Source of the DNA: the human T2T-CHM13v2.0 reference genome, Homo sapiens
Assembly (NCBI RefSeq): GCF_009914755.1
Contig: NC_060936.1
Direction: 5' to 3' (one strand)
Length of the DNA stretch: 64,000 bases
Under the pieces are notes generated by a model. The model was not told where the DNA came from. It did not search any database and saw only the letters and a list, made by a program, of their open reading frames with translations. The first letter of the stretch is position 1. Each line of letters opens with the position of its first letter. Below, piece after piece: positions 1-13,966 of the stretch. The position numbers were made by a program, and so were the translations under genes.

Positions 1-158
1 TTGTGAGAACTCTATCACGAGACAGCACTAGGAGATGATGCTAAACCATTAGAAACCACCCCCATGATTCAATCACCTCTCACCAGGCCCCACCTCCAAC
101 ACTAGGAATTACAATTCAACATGAGGTTTAAGTCGGGACACAAATCCAAGGCATATCA
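1..158 (-). mobile_element. MaLR LTR (MST-type), truncated by window start
   Basis: CCCCATGATTCAATCACCTC...CCCACCTCCAACA...CAAATCCAAGGCATATCA is the reverse complement of the MST/THE1 LTR 5' end. Confidence 0.8.
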
Positions 159-679
159 ATGTGAGACCTCAAAAAATAAAAAGAGAGAAGGAAAGATACA
201 TTCAGGCATATCTGAGTAGTGAATGTACAAACATTTAACTCATGTAAGGTTCACAAATGAGGTGTCTAAGCACTTCAAACAGAAATCAAATTTATAAATT
301 TATGAATATGGATATTTAATTTGTCAGTTTATAATTAAGAAAATTAAAGCTCTGAGAGTTTATATTATTTACTCAGAGTTTATGTATTCAGTGCTGCAAG
401 TGGCAGAACTGAGATTCCTAGGACTGGAAGTGGAAGAACTGGGATTCCTAGAATCTGTAGTTCTTTCCATACACTATGTTGCAAGCAGATGACAAAATCT
501 TCCAGGAAATGGAGAAAAAAAGGTCAGGAAGCTTCTGTGTGACTAGACTTTGACCAAGTGGTTATATGATCAAAATTGAAGATGGTGATGGAAAAATATA
601 GATTGGAAATTGAAATTGGTGGACATTATTTACTTGGAAAACATTTTCAACCCCTCACATAAGTCACATTCCTGTTAAG

Positions 680-910
680 TATTTTCTTATTCCCCCTATG
701 CTTTTCTGCCGTAGCATTCATCACTGTTTTTGATTACATATTTACCTCTGTGATTATTTCATGAATGTTTGTTTCTTCCTCAGTTTCTTTAAGAAATATG
801 AGAATGAGGATGGTATGTAATTTGTGTATGTAATTAGTGTATGCCCAAGACATAATATAGTATATGACAAATAGTAGATGCTCAATAAATAATTGACAAA
901 TAAATAAATG
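680..910 (+). mobile_element. L2 3' end fragment
   Basis: Ends in TAGTAGATGCTCAATAAATAATTGACAAATAAATAAATG, typical of the L2 tail. Boundaries approximate. Confidence 0.55.
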
Positions 911-1008
911 GACACACCCACACCCATTAAGACTTGCAGACATAAACAGAAGACAAATAAAAATAAGAGCCATCAGTAAACGTTCCTGTGAATAAATAAA
1001 AAAAAATA

Positions 1009-3900
<2,892 letters not shown>

Positions 3901-4204
3901 GTTTTTCAAGTTGAGGAGAGGTGGGAGATTGGAATAGATTCAGGGCTTTATTGAGCCATGTCGGAATAAAATTCCAGGTGAAGAGGCTTGGACTTGGGAC
4001 TGCTGATGGTGTCTCGAGTAAACAGAAGTGTGAGTCACAGTAGATTTGGTCCTGACACTTCCATGGGAGAAGGTGTGCTATCAGTTTTATTCATGGCTTA
4101 CTTCTTGGTATGTCTGATCTTTAAGGTAGATGAGCTTACTTTGTGCTGGTAGTATGATAAGATTTTTCACATTAATTGATTTTAGCATTGTCCAATGCTA
4201 ACAC

Positions 4205-4300
4205 CAATTCATTAGCCCAGTTTTACAGAAAACAAAACTGAGACTTACTATGTGGCAGAAGTAGCACTGAAACTCATGCACATCTGACAGTAGAACTTGT
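4205..4300 (-). mobile_element. MIR fragment
   Basis: CCCAGTTTTACAGAAAACAAAACTGAGAC matches the MIR core. Confidence 0.55.
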
Positions 4301-4433
4301 TTCCCTGATCGTGGCATATATTGAGGTGGTTCTTGGCTTGAGTGAAAAATGCTTATTATAAGTCACAACTTCTCATTTCCCGCATATTACTCAGTATATA
4401 ATAACTTAATATAGGGTGGGTTATTTTGATGTG

Positions 4434-4981
4434 TATGATGCTTAATTTTGTACCATCTTGACTGGGCCACAGGGTACCCAGATATTTAGCCAAACATTAT
4501 TCACTGGATTTCTGTGAGGTTGTATTTAGATGAGATTAACATTTACATTGGTAGATTAAGTAAAGCAGATTGCCCTCACTAATGTGGGTGGCCCTCACCC
4601 AATCAGTTGAAAGCCCAATAGAGCAGAAAGTCTGCCTGTCTCTTAAGTGGGAGAATTATTCCTGGCTGAATGCCTTTTAACTGGGACTTTGGGTTTTTTC
4701 TTGCCTTTATATTCAAACTGAAACTTTGGCTCTTCCTGGGTCTGGATCCTGCCAGCCTTCAGACAAGAACTATGCAATAGGCATTTTTGGTTCTCTGGCC
4801 TATGGACTCTGACTAAAACTAAATCATCAGCTCTGGTGGGTCTCCAGCTTGTTGGCTCACCCCGCAGATCTGGGGACTGGCTTGCCTCCTCAATCGCATG
4901 AGCCAATTATAATAAATCTCTTTCTCTCTATATATATACATTCTATTGGTTCCATTTCTCTGGAGAGCCCTGACTGATACA
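4434..4981 (+). mobile_element. MLT2 (MLT2C/D-like) 5' LTR of ERV-L
   Basis: T(A)TGATGCTTAATTTT...CTTGACTGGGCCA...GTAAAGCAGATTGCCCTC...TCTCTGGAGAGCCCTGACTGATACA. Followed by the PBS-like GGTTTTGGAACTGAGAGTGG. Confidence 0.9.
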
Positions 4982-5025
4982 GGTTTTGGAACTGAGAGTG
5001 GTTTTAGAGGAACAGAATTTTAAGA

Positions 5026-6760
5026 ATGGGTTTTTCTGAATTGGTTTTATAGCTGCTGTAATTGGCTGTCCAATCTGATTAGATTTAAAATGCTGATGAC
5101 TTTATTTCCAGTAGTAAAGAGAAAACTGATAATCATGGTGTGCTCTGGCAATAGATAAACAGAAAATATGACCACTGGATGCTCCTAATCGACCACTTTT
5201 GAGAAGCAAAGATTTGGGTAATTATGTACATAATACTTTTGAACATTTTAGTCAAACGAATGAGTAAAATGAAGTGAATTGGTTGCTGCTAATGTTGCTG
5301 GACAAAGTGGGGAAAGAAAAGGATGAGCTCAGGATTCAAATTCCCAGCTGAAAGGCTGCATAAATGACCTGAAAGTTTCTGTCTTCCTTGAAGGAGACCT
5401 TCATCTCCTGCAGCTGCAGAGCCAGGTTTGCTGAGTTATAAATCCAGAGTCTCATCCTGCAACTGGCTGGATTACAATGCAAGTTGAACTCCTGGCCTCA
5501 AAGGATGTCTACTGTTAAAGTGAGGTCATTGGTTGAAAAGAAGTAGGGTCCTGAAAGTTGGAATGGGAATGTATGGGATGACCTTGATGAAAATGGGGAC
5601 ACTAAAGTCTTAAATTCTAAGCCTTCTTTGCCTCTCCACCCCTAGTGGGTGGTCTACCCTCCCCTGTCTGAGGGAATTAACCCTTTATTGCTTGAGGAAA
5701 CTGAATGGCCTCCCCTGAGACAATTACCTTGCAAGAAATGATTATTCTCCTCAGAACCCACTTCCACAATACCTCATTGCTTTTAGACAAATAACTAGAC
5801 TCAATTTCCAGCAGGCCCCTAAAGGTGAGGTATAGAGCATGACACATGAAGAGGCATAGCACTTTCCAAAATAACTGTTGGAGTTTTTTAAATTAATACA
5901 AACAAATATCTGAGAATATGTAGGGTTATAGATATTAAAGGTGTGGGATAATGGTGGTGGAAAAATAAGGTTGAATCAGACTGATTGATATGGGCTCACT
6001 AAGCAGAAATTTAGCATTTACTGTTGCAGCTCAGGGAGTTAGAAAGAACTCTAACAGTTTGATGGGTAATCTAAAACATAGACCAAAAGGTGACCCATGT
6101 TGAGCAAGTTAGAAATGCCAGGCTTGCTTTAGCTTAATGTAGAGGAAGGGATTCGGGGGCTTAGGGAGATTGGGAGACTTACTCAACCACCCTGAAAGGG
6201 TCCAGAGAACACACCTTTCATCAAGCCTAAGAAATAAATTTGTCAGAGGAGTCCCACATCCAAGAGCTCTGTGATTGCCCTTTTCTGCAATCACAGAGAC
6301 CTTACAGTGGGAATGGCAATCCCTGAATTGGTAAACCTAAATGCAAGGAGAGTAACTGGATCCTGGAATGGCAGGGACCAAGTGGCAGCACTCAAGTACC
6401 AAAGGCAAGGTGGACGTGGTTACTGTAATGGACAGATGAGTGAAAGCAGCAATCAGAATAGTCTGAGTCATGCAGTCCTGTGGCATTGGCTGGTTGATCA
6501 TGGTGTCCTTGGGAGTGAAATGGATAAGAAACTTACTAAGTTTTCACCTGATTTGATAAGAAGCAAAAACATTCTAGGTCAAGTGAATCAATGTCTAACC
6601 TGAATAATAAAAACAAAGAATCACAGCCCCACAACCAATTTGATACCTTGATCCAGTTTACAGACCCAGTATCACTACAGTATAGGGGAGGCCAGGTTTC
6701 TTGAGGAAGAACCCTGGCACACTGCTAAAAGTCTATACTATCAATATGTTCTTCCACTCT
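5026..6760 (+). pseudogene. gag: ERV-L gag remnant (stops and frameshifts)
   Basis: ATGGGTTTTTCTGAATTGG start. ORF 6271-6603 (GRDQVAALKYQRQGG...SNQNSLSHAVLWHWLVDHGV) resembles the ERV-L Gag C-terminus. Confidence 0.75.
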
Positions 6761-6769
6761 TCTCCAAAA

Positions 6770-8719
6770 GTACCTATAGCTTTTTATTAGGGTAACTCTG
6801 CATTGGGGAAAAGAAAAGAATCAGATCTTTCAGGAATTTTGAGGCACTGGCTCTGAACTGACATGAATTCCAGAAGACCCAAAAGGTCACTATGGTCCAC
6901 CAGTCAGAGTAGGGGCTTACAGGTCAAGTGCTTTCATGGAGTTTTAGCTTAGGTCTGTCTCACAATGGGCCCAGTGGATCTGAAACAATCCTGTAGTTAT
7001 TTCCCCAGTTCTGAAATGTGTAATTGGAATAGACGAAATAAGCAGCTGGCAGAATCTGTACACTGGTTCCCTGACCTGTGGAGTGAGGGATATTATGATG
7101 AGAAACGGCAAGTGGAAGCCACTGAAACTGCCTTTCCCTAGGAAAATTTTAAACCACAGGTAACGCCACATTGCTGGAGAGATTGCAGAGATTAGTGCCA
7201 CCATAAAAGAACTTGAAAGATGCAGGAATCGTGATTCCCAATATATCCCCATTTAACTCACGTATTTGGCCCGTGCAGGCAGATGAATCTTGGGAGAATG
7301 ACAAATATGTTTAACCAGGCGGTGATTCCAATTGCAGCTGTTATACCAGATGTGGTTTTATTGCTTGATCAAATAAATACATACCCTGGTACCTGGTATG
7401 CAGATATTGATCTGGCAAATGCCTTTTTCTCCATACATGTCAATTAAGGACCACCAGAAGCAGTTTGCCTTTAGCTGGCAAGGCCAGTAATATACCTTCA
7501 TTGTCCTATCTCAGGGGTATCTCTCCCAGTTTATATCATAATAGCAACTTAATATGTTATTATTATATATTACACAAATATCAACTCTACAGGTTATATC
7601 ATAATTTAGTTCACAGGGATATTGATGACCTTGCCATTCTTTGGGCCATTACATGCCAGACCTTCCACAAGACATTACACTGGTCAATGACATGCTGATT
7701 GGACCTAGTGAGCAAGAACTAGCCACTACTCTGGACTTATTATTAATACATTTGCATGTCAGAGGATGGAAAATAAATCAGATGAAAATTTAGGGATCTT
7801 CTACCTCAGTGAAATTTCTAAGGGTCCAGTGGTGTGGGGGCATGATGAGATATCCCTTCTAATGTGAATGATAAGTTGTTACATCTGGCTTCTACAACCA
7901 GAAAAGAGGCACAATGCCTACTGAGCATCTTTGAAGTTTAGAGGCAAATGTTCCTCATTTGAGTGAGTTACTTCAGCCTGATATGGTTTGGCTCTGTGTC
8001 CTCACCCAAATCTCACCTTGAATTGTAATAATCCCCATGTGTCAAGGGTCGGATCAAGTGGAGATAATTGAATCATGGGGGTGGTTTCCCCCAAGCTGTT
8101 CTCATGAGTGAGTTCTCACGAGATATGATGGTTTTATAAGGGGCTTCCCCCTTTGCTCGGCACTCATTCTCTCTCTTGCTGTCCTGTGAAGAGGTGCCTT
8201 CTGCCATTATTGTAAGTTTCCTGAGGCCTGTGAGTCAATTTAACCTCTTTCCTTTTAAAATTTCCCAGTCTCAGGCAGTTCTTTATAGCAGCATGAGAAT
8301 GCACTAATACAAGTCCATTTACCAAGTGACCCAAAAAGATGCTAGCCTTGAGTGGGATTCTGAAGAGAAGAAGGCTCTGCAACAGGTCAAGGCTGCTGTG
8401 TGAGTTACTCTGCCACTCAGACCATATGACCTAGAAGATCCAATGGTCCTTGAAGTGTCTGTGGCAGATAGTGATGCTGTTTGGAGCTTTTGCCGGCCCC
8501 TATAAGTGGATTTCAGCATAGTTCCTTAGGATTTTGGAACAAAGCCTTTCCATCCTCTGCAGATAACTACTCTCTTTTTGAGAAACAGCTCTTGACCTCC
8601 TACTGGACTCTAGGAGAGGCTGAATGCTTAACCATGGATCACCAAGTACCATGCAAACTGAGCTGCCCATCATGAACTGGGTGTTATCTGACCCACCAAG
8701 CCATAAAATTGGGTGTGCA
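6770..8719 (+). pseudogene. pol: ERV-L pro/RT remnant, interrupted by THE1D
   Basis: Decayed protease site (CACTGGCTCTGAACTGACA). TGGTATGCAGATATTGATCTGGCAAATGCCTTTTTCTCC encodes WYADIDLANAFFS. The YIDD region near 7680-7695 appears deleted. ORF 8481-8675 (LGFWNKAFPSSADNYSLFEKQLL) is RT connection sequence. Confidence 0.85.
7979..8311 (+). mobile_element. THE1D-like solo LTR inserted in ERV-L pol
   Basis: TGATATGGTTTGGCTCTGTGTCC...AATTGTAATAATCCCC...GCACTAATACA. ERV-L pol continues across it. TSD is degenerate (AGCC/AGTCC). Confidence 0.9.
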
Positions 8720-10099
8720 ATGGCGATACAGGCATTGAGTAAATACAGCTGTTCTAAATGGGAGAAATTGGCCAAAACAAAGGGGCTATATGCCCCATGC
8801 AAGTCTGAAACCCAGAAGGGTAGTCAAATCTCAAAGTTCTAATATGATCTCCTTTGACTGCATGTTTCACATCTAGGTCACACTGATGCAAGAGGTGGGT
8901 TCCCATGGTCTTGGGAAGCTCTGCTTCTGTGGCTTTGCAGGGTACAGGCTCCCTCTTGGCTGCTTTCATGGGCTGGTGTTGAGTCTCTGTGGCTTTTCCA
9001 GGTACATGGTGCAAGCTGTTGGTGGATCTACCATTCTGGGGTCTGGAGGATGGTGGCCCTCTTCTCACAGCTCCCCTAGATGGTGCCCCAGTAGGGACTC
9101 TGTGTATGGGCTCCAACCCCACATTTCCCTTCTGCACTGCCCTAGCAGAGGTTCTCCATGAGGGCCCCACCCCTGAAGCAAACTTCTGCCTGGACATCCA
9201 GGCATTTCCATACATCCTCTGAAATCTAGGTGGAGGCTCCCAAGCCTCAATTCTTGACTTCTGTGCACCCTCAGGCTCAACACCACATGGAAATTGCCAA
9301 GGCTTGGGGCTTGCACCCTCCGAAGCCACGGCCCAAGCTCTATGCTGGCCCCTTTCAGCCACCACTGCAGCAGCTGGTATACACAGGGCACCAAGTCCCT
9401 AGGCTGCACACAGCATGGGGCTCCTGGGCCTGGCCTACAAAACCATTTTCTCCTAGGCCTCCGGGCCTGTGATGGGATGGGCTGCCATGAAGACCTCTGA
9501 TATGCCTTGGAGACATTTTCCCCATTGTCTTGGGGATTAACATTAGGCTCCTTGTTACTTATGCAAATTTCTGCAGCCAGCTTCAAATTCCCCTCAGAAA
9601 ATGGGTTTTTCTTTTCTATCACATTGTCAGGCTGCAAATTTTCCAAACGTTTATGCTCTGCCTTCCTTATATAACTGAATACCTTTAACCACATCTAAGT
9701 CACCTCTTTAATGCTTTGCTACTTAGAAATTTCTTCCGCCAGATACCCTAAATCATGTCTCTCAAGTTCAAAGTTCTACAACTCTCTAGGACAGGGGCAA
9801 AATGCTGCCAGTCTCTTTGCTAAAACATAACAAGAGTCACCTTTGCTCCAGTTCCCAACAAGTTCCTCATCTCCATCTGAGACCACCTCAGCCTGGATCA
9901 TATTGTTTATACCACTATCAGCATTTTTATCAAAGCCATTCAACAAGTCTCTAGGAAGTTCCAAACTTTCCCACATTTTCCTGTCTTCTTCTGAGCCGTC
10001 TAAAGTGTTCCAACCTCTGCCTGTTACCCAGTTCCAAAGTTGCTTCCACATTTTTGGGTATCTTTTCAGCAGTGTCCCACTCTACTGGTACCAATCTAC
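8718..10099 (-). mobile_element. THE1B-like MaLR internal sequence, 3'-truncated
   Basis: Minus strand begins GTAGATTGGTACCAGTAGAGTGGG after the LTR. ORF 9776-10051 (MWKQLWNWVTGRGW...SEEDRKMWESLELPRDLLNGF) is the MaLR internal ORF remnant. Confidence 0.9.
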
Positions 10100-10443
10100 T
10101 GTATTAGTCAATTTCCACACTGCTAATAAAGACATACCCAAGACTGGGCAATTGACAGAAGAAAGAGGTTTATTGGACTTACAGTTCCACATGGCTGGGG
10201 AGGCCTCACAATCCTGGTGGAAGGTGAAAGGCACATCTCACATGGTGACAGAAAAGAGAAGAGAGCTTGTGTAGGAAAACTCCCCTTTTTAAAACCATCA
10301 GATCTCGTGAGACTTATTCACTATCATGAAAACAGCATGGGAAAGATCTGCCCCTAGGATTCAGTTACCTCCCACTGGGTCTGTCGCACAACACATGGGA
10401 ATTTAAGATGCAATTTGGGTGGGGACACAGCCAAACCATATCA
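10100..10443 (-). mobile_element. THE1B-like 5' LTR
   Basis: TGTATTAGTC...AAAGACATACCCAAGACTGGG...GGGGACACAGCCAAACCATATCA. Confidence 0.92.
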
Positions 10444-11060
10444 GTCAGCCAGCAGCAGAGACCAACAATAAATCTTCAATATGGTACCATTCCTAAGGGG
10501 TGATCAGCCAGCTATCTGTTGGCAAGTTGATTACTTTGGACCACTCTCATCATGAAAGGGGCAGAGTTTTGTTCATACTGGAATAGACACTAATTTTGGA
10601 CACATGTTTTTGCCTTCCCTACATGTGATGCCTCTGCCAATACTACCATCTGTGGAATTACAGAGTGCCTTATCCACAGTTATGGTATTTCACACAGCAT
10701 TGCTTCCGATTGAGGAACTCACTTCACAGCAAAAACAAATTAAACAAAAAAATGTGTGGCAATAAACCCATATGCATGGAATTCCCTGATCTTGCCATGT
10801 TCCTCACCATTCTGAAGCGGCTGTCTTGTTAGAATGGTATAGTGACCTTTTGAAGACTCAGTTACAGTGCCAGCTAGGTGGCAGTATTTTGCAGGGCCGG
10901 GGCAAGTTTTCTAGATGGTTAGGTGTGCTCTGAATCAGTGTGCAATATATGATGTGTTTCTCCTGTAGCCAGGATTCATGAGGCCAGGAATCAATGGGGA
11001 AATGGAAGTAGCATAACTCACTATTACCCCTATTGACATATTCACACATTTTTTTTCCTG
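10444..11060 (+). pseudogene. pol: ERV-L integrase remnant
   Basis: CCAGCAGCAGAGACC...TGGCAAGTTGATTACTTTGGACC (WQVDYFG), ACTGGAATAGACAC, CATTCTGAAGCGGCTGTCTTGTTAGAA. Disrupted. Confidence 0.8.
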
Positions 11061-11069
11061 TTCCCACAA

Positions 11070-11360
11070 CCTTATGCTTTGCTGGCCTAGCAGTCTTAGC
11101 TCCAAAGGGAGGAAGGCTTCCACCAAGATATGTAGCAATAATTTCGCTGAACTGTCATCCAGCCACTTTGTACTCCTCATGCCTCTGAATCAGCGGGCAA
11201 AGAAGAGAGTTACTGTGTTGACTGTGATGATTGATCCTGACTACCAAGAGGAAATTGGATAACTACTTGTCAATGGAAGTAAGATAGAGCATGTCTGAAT
11301 ACTAGAGATCCCTTAGCATGTCTCTTAGTATTACCATGGCTTGTGACTAAAGTTACCAGA
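11070..11360 (+). pseudogene. ERV-L dUTPase remnant, downstream of integrase
   Basis: ORF 11074-11262 SHFVLLMPLNQRAKKRVTVLTVMIDPDYQEEIG contains dUTPase motif 3 (IDxDY) at the ERV-L position. Confidence 0.8.
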
Positions 11361-11966
11361 AAATACAACAAGCCAGTCCAAGCAGGATTACTAATGACCT
11401 AGACCCCTCAGTAATGAAGGTTTGGATCAGTCCACCAGGTAACACAAACCACCAGCAGCCAAGATGCCTGCTTAAAGTAAAAGGAACACAGGAATGGGTG
11501 GGTATAAACACTACCCATTTATAACTTCCAAGAAGGCAGTTATAAATATAAGTTGTAACCACATGACCAGTTACAGAAATGAGAATTGTAATTGTCATGA
11601 GTATTTCCTCCTTATTTTGCTATGAATATGTGTGTGGGTATCACAAATATCTGCAAATATCTTTGTTTTCTTCCCTCTTTATCCTTTTATCATATAATAC
11701 AGGATGTACTGACTTTATATCATAGTACTGAAATGTTGTTAACTTTACATCATGGAACTTAAGTTATGGAATATCAAGAAGAAGGGTAAACATCATTCAA
11801 AGACTTTACTCCCTCAACTGGGGAAGGAGTTGATGTATTTTTAGTTGCATGTGGGATAGTTGTATCAAGTTAGGCAGAATTATAGCCATGTTATTTTATA
11901 TTTATTGGAAGGTTAAATTTGAGTTAAGGAGTTGTATATGGGTGCCAAGTTGACATGGAGTGAGTT

Positions 11967-12445
11967 TGTAATGGTCAATTTTATGTATCAACTTGACTGG
12001 GCCATGGGGAACTCAGGTATTTGGTCAAGCATTATTCTGAGTGTTTCTTTGAGGCTGTTTTTGGACAGGATTAAATTTAGATCAGCAGGCTGAGTAAAGC
12101 AGATTGCCCTCTCTAATTAGGGTGGGCCCCATCCAATCAGTTTGAATGCCTAAATAGAACAAAAAGACTGACCCTTCCCTAGGTAAGAGAAAATTCTTGG
12201 CTTACTGATTTTGACTGGGACACTGGTTTTTTTCCCCCTGCCTTTGGTCTTGAACTGAAACGTTAGCTGTTCCTGGATCTCTAGCCTGCCAGAATTTTGA
12301 TGGGAACTATATCATTGGCTCTTGTGGTTCTCAGGCCTTTGGAGCCAGATTGGAACTAAACCATCATCATGTGAATCAATTCCTTATTATAAGACTTTCT
12401 CTTTCTTTTATTATATACATACCAAGTATGTATAATATAGTATAT
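11967..12445 (+). mobile_element. MLT2 3' LTR of ERV-L, left part (remainder at 19364-19423)
   Basis: TGTAATGGTCAATTTTATGTATCAACTTGACTGGGCC is colinear with the 5' LTR. The end, TCTCTGAAAAACCCTGACTAATACA, lies beyond the HML-3 insertion. Confidence 0.9.
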
Positions 12446-12958
12446 TGCTGAGACCAGCTTGGTTGGGGAGACCCTAACCCAGTGGTGCTAGAGGAATTAA
12501 AGACACACACACAGAAAGATAGAGGTGTGAAGTGGGAAATCAGGGGTCTCGCAGCCTTCAGAGCTGAGAGCCCTGAACAGAGATTTACCCACATGTTTAT
12601 TAACAGCAAACCAGTCATTAGCATTGTTTCTATAGATATTAAATTAACTAAAAGTATCTCTTATGGGAAATGAAGGGATGGGTTGAATTAAAGGAATAGG
12701 TTGGGCTAGTTAACTGCAGCAAGAGCATGTCCTTAAGGCGCAGATCTCTCATGCTATTGTTTGTGACTTAAGAATGCCTTTAAGTGGTTTTCCACCCTGG
12801 GCAGGCCAGGTGTTCCTTGCCCTCATTCCTGTAAACCTACAACCTTCCAGCATGGGCATTAGGTCCATTATGAACTTACTACAGTGCTGCAGAGATTTTG
12901 TTTATGGCCAGTTTTGGGGCCAGTTTATGGCCAGATTTTGGGGAGCCTGCTCCCAACA
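12446..12958 (-). mobile_element. MER9 3' LTR
   Basis: Minus strand starts TGTTGGGAGCAGGCTCCCCAAAATCTGGCCATAAACTGGCCCC, preceded by PPT AGAGAAGGGGGACA. Confidence 0.95.
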
Positions 12959-12961
12959 TGT

Positions 12962-13960
12962 CCCCCTTCTCTGGTTTGCAAATCAATAAACACAAAGGCA
13001 GCTTTGTCACGGTGAGCTACTTCTCACAGGAGTCAGGATCCACATCTGCAGACTATACAAAGACACACAACACAGATTAAAAGCACAACCATCATTGAAA
13101 TCACAGAGCTTCCAAGTGTTTTTATCCACTTTCAGCTCCTTTAAGCACTCCAGTTCCTGGCATTAAGGTCAGATTTGCATGGGATGCTTTAAATATTTGT
13201 TCTTTCAGTTTTCAATCCTTATGTTAAGCTCCTAGAGCAGGCCATATCATTTGAGGTTGAAGTGCCACTATACCGCCATGGTTCCAGATAATAGGAACTC
13301 TTGCCGTACTTCTTATTGTATCTACCATCTGGCCATTTTGTTCAGACCAGCTGAACGTAGTGTGGCCATGGCATGCAGACTGAGAGGTGCAATTCAAGCT
13401 AAACATCCCCTTAGGGGACCAATTAATAATGTTTCCATAGGAATCGTTGTGCAGAACCTCTGCCTGTTCTGCAATGCAATCTTCCTAAAAAAGTACATTT
13501 ATTTTTTCCAACTGGGTCCAATCCTGTTTACAAATAGGTTTTTGAGGGTGGTATGCCTCAATTATAGGAGCAGATTTATTGTAGTAAATGCTGAGATCAG
13601 AAAGCATGTGTAACTGTGTCATAAAGTGATTGCATCCAGGCATTATTGCCAGCCAAGATTGATAAATATACCCAGTAAGTATAATTGTTCTCTGTGTCAG
13701 CCCTTATTGAAGGAATACTCACTGCAGTGGTGATAACTGCTATCATAGCTACCATTAAATTATTCATTGTGACTGGTTGTCCCGCTTTCCTCAGGTTTTC
13801 TTCCGCCATCTAAGACAGCTTCTTGATCTGTCCCCAGGTGGGTGGCTGTGTTCTATGGGTGTTGCTCATGACAGTTGGGGTCCTCCTCAGTGTCAGTCTC
13901 AACATGGCTGCAACTGGGGGGTCCTGGGGATCCTCCCAGAGTCTCTTCCTTGGCATCTGG
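12962..13960 (-). pseudogene. env: HML-3 env remnant, large internal deletions
   Basis: ORF 13597-13809 is signal peptide/SU N-terminus (NLMVAMIAVITTAV...NYTYWVYL). ORF 13224-13406 is SU-like. Only the TM C-terminus follows. About 1 kb in total. Confidence 0.8.
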
Positions 13961-13966
13961 CTCATG

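Noticed and set aside
8754-9694. Overlapping 203-aa and 209-aa ORFs as a novel gene
   Set aside because: They lie entirely in THE1 internal sequence and are frameshifted pieces of the MaLR ORF.
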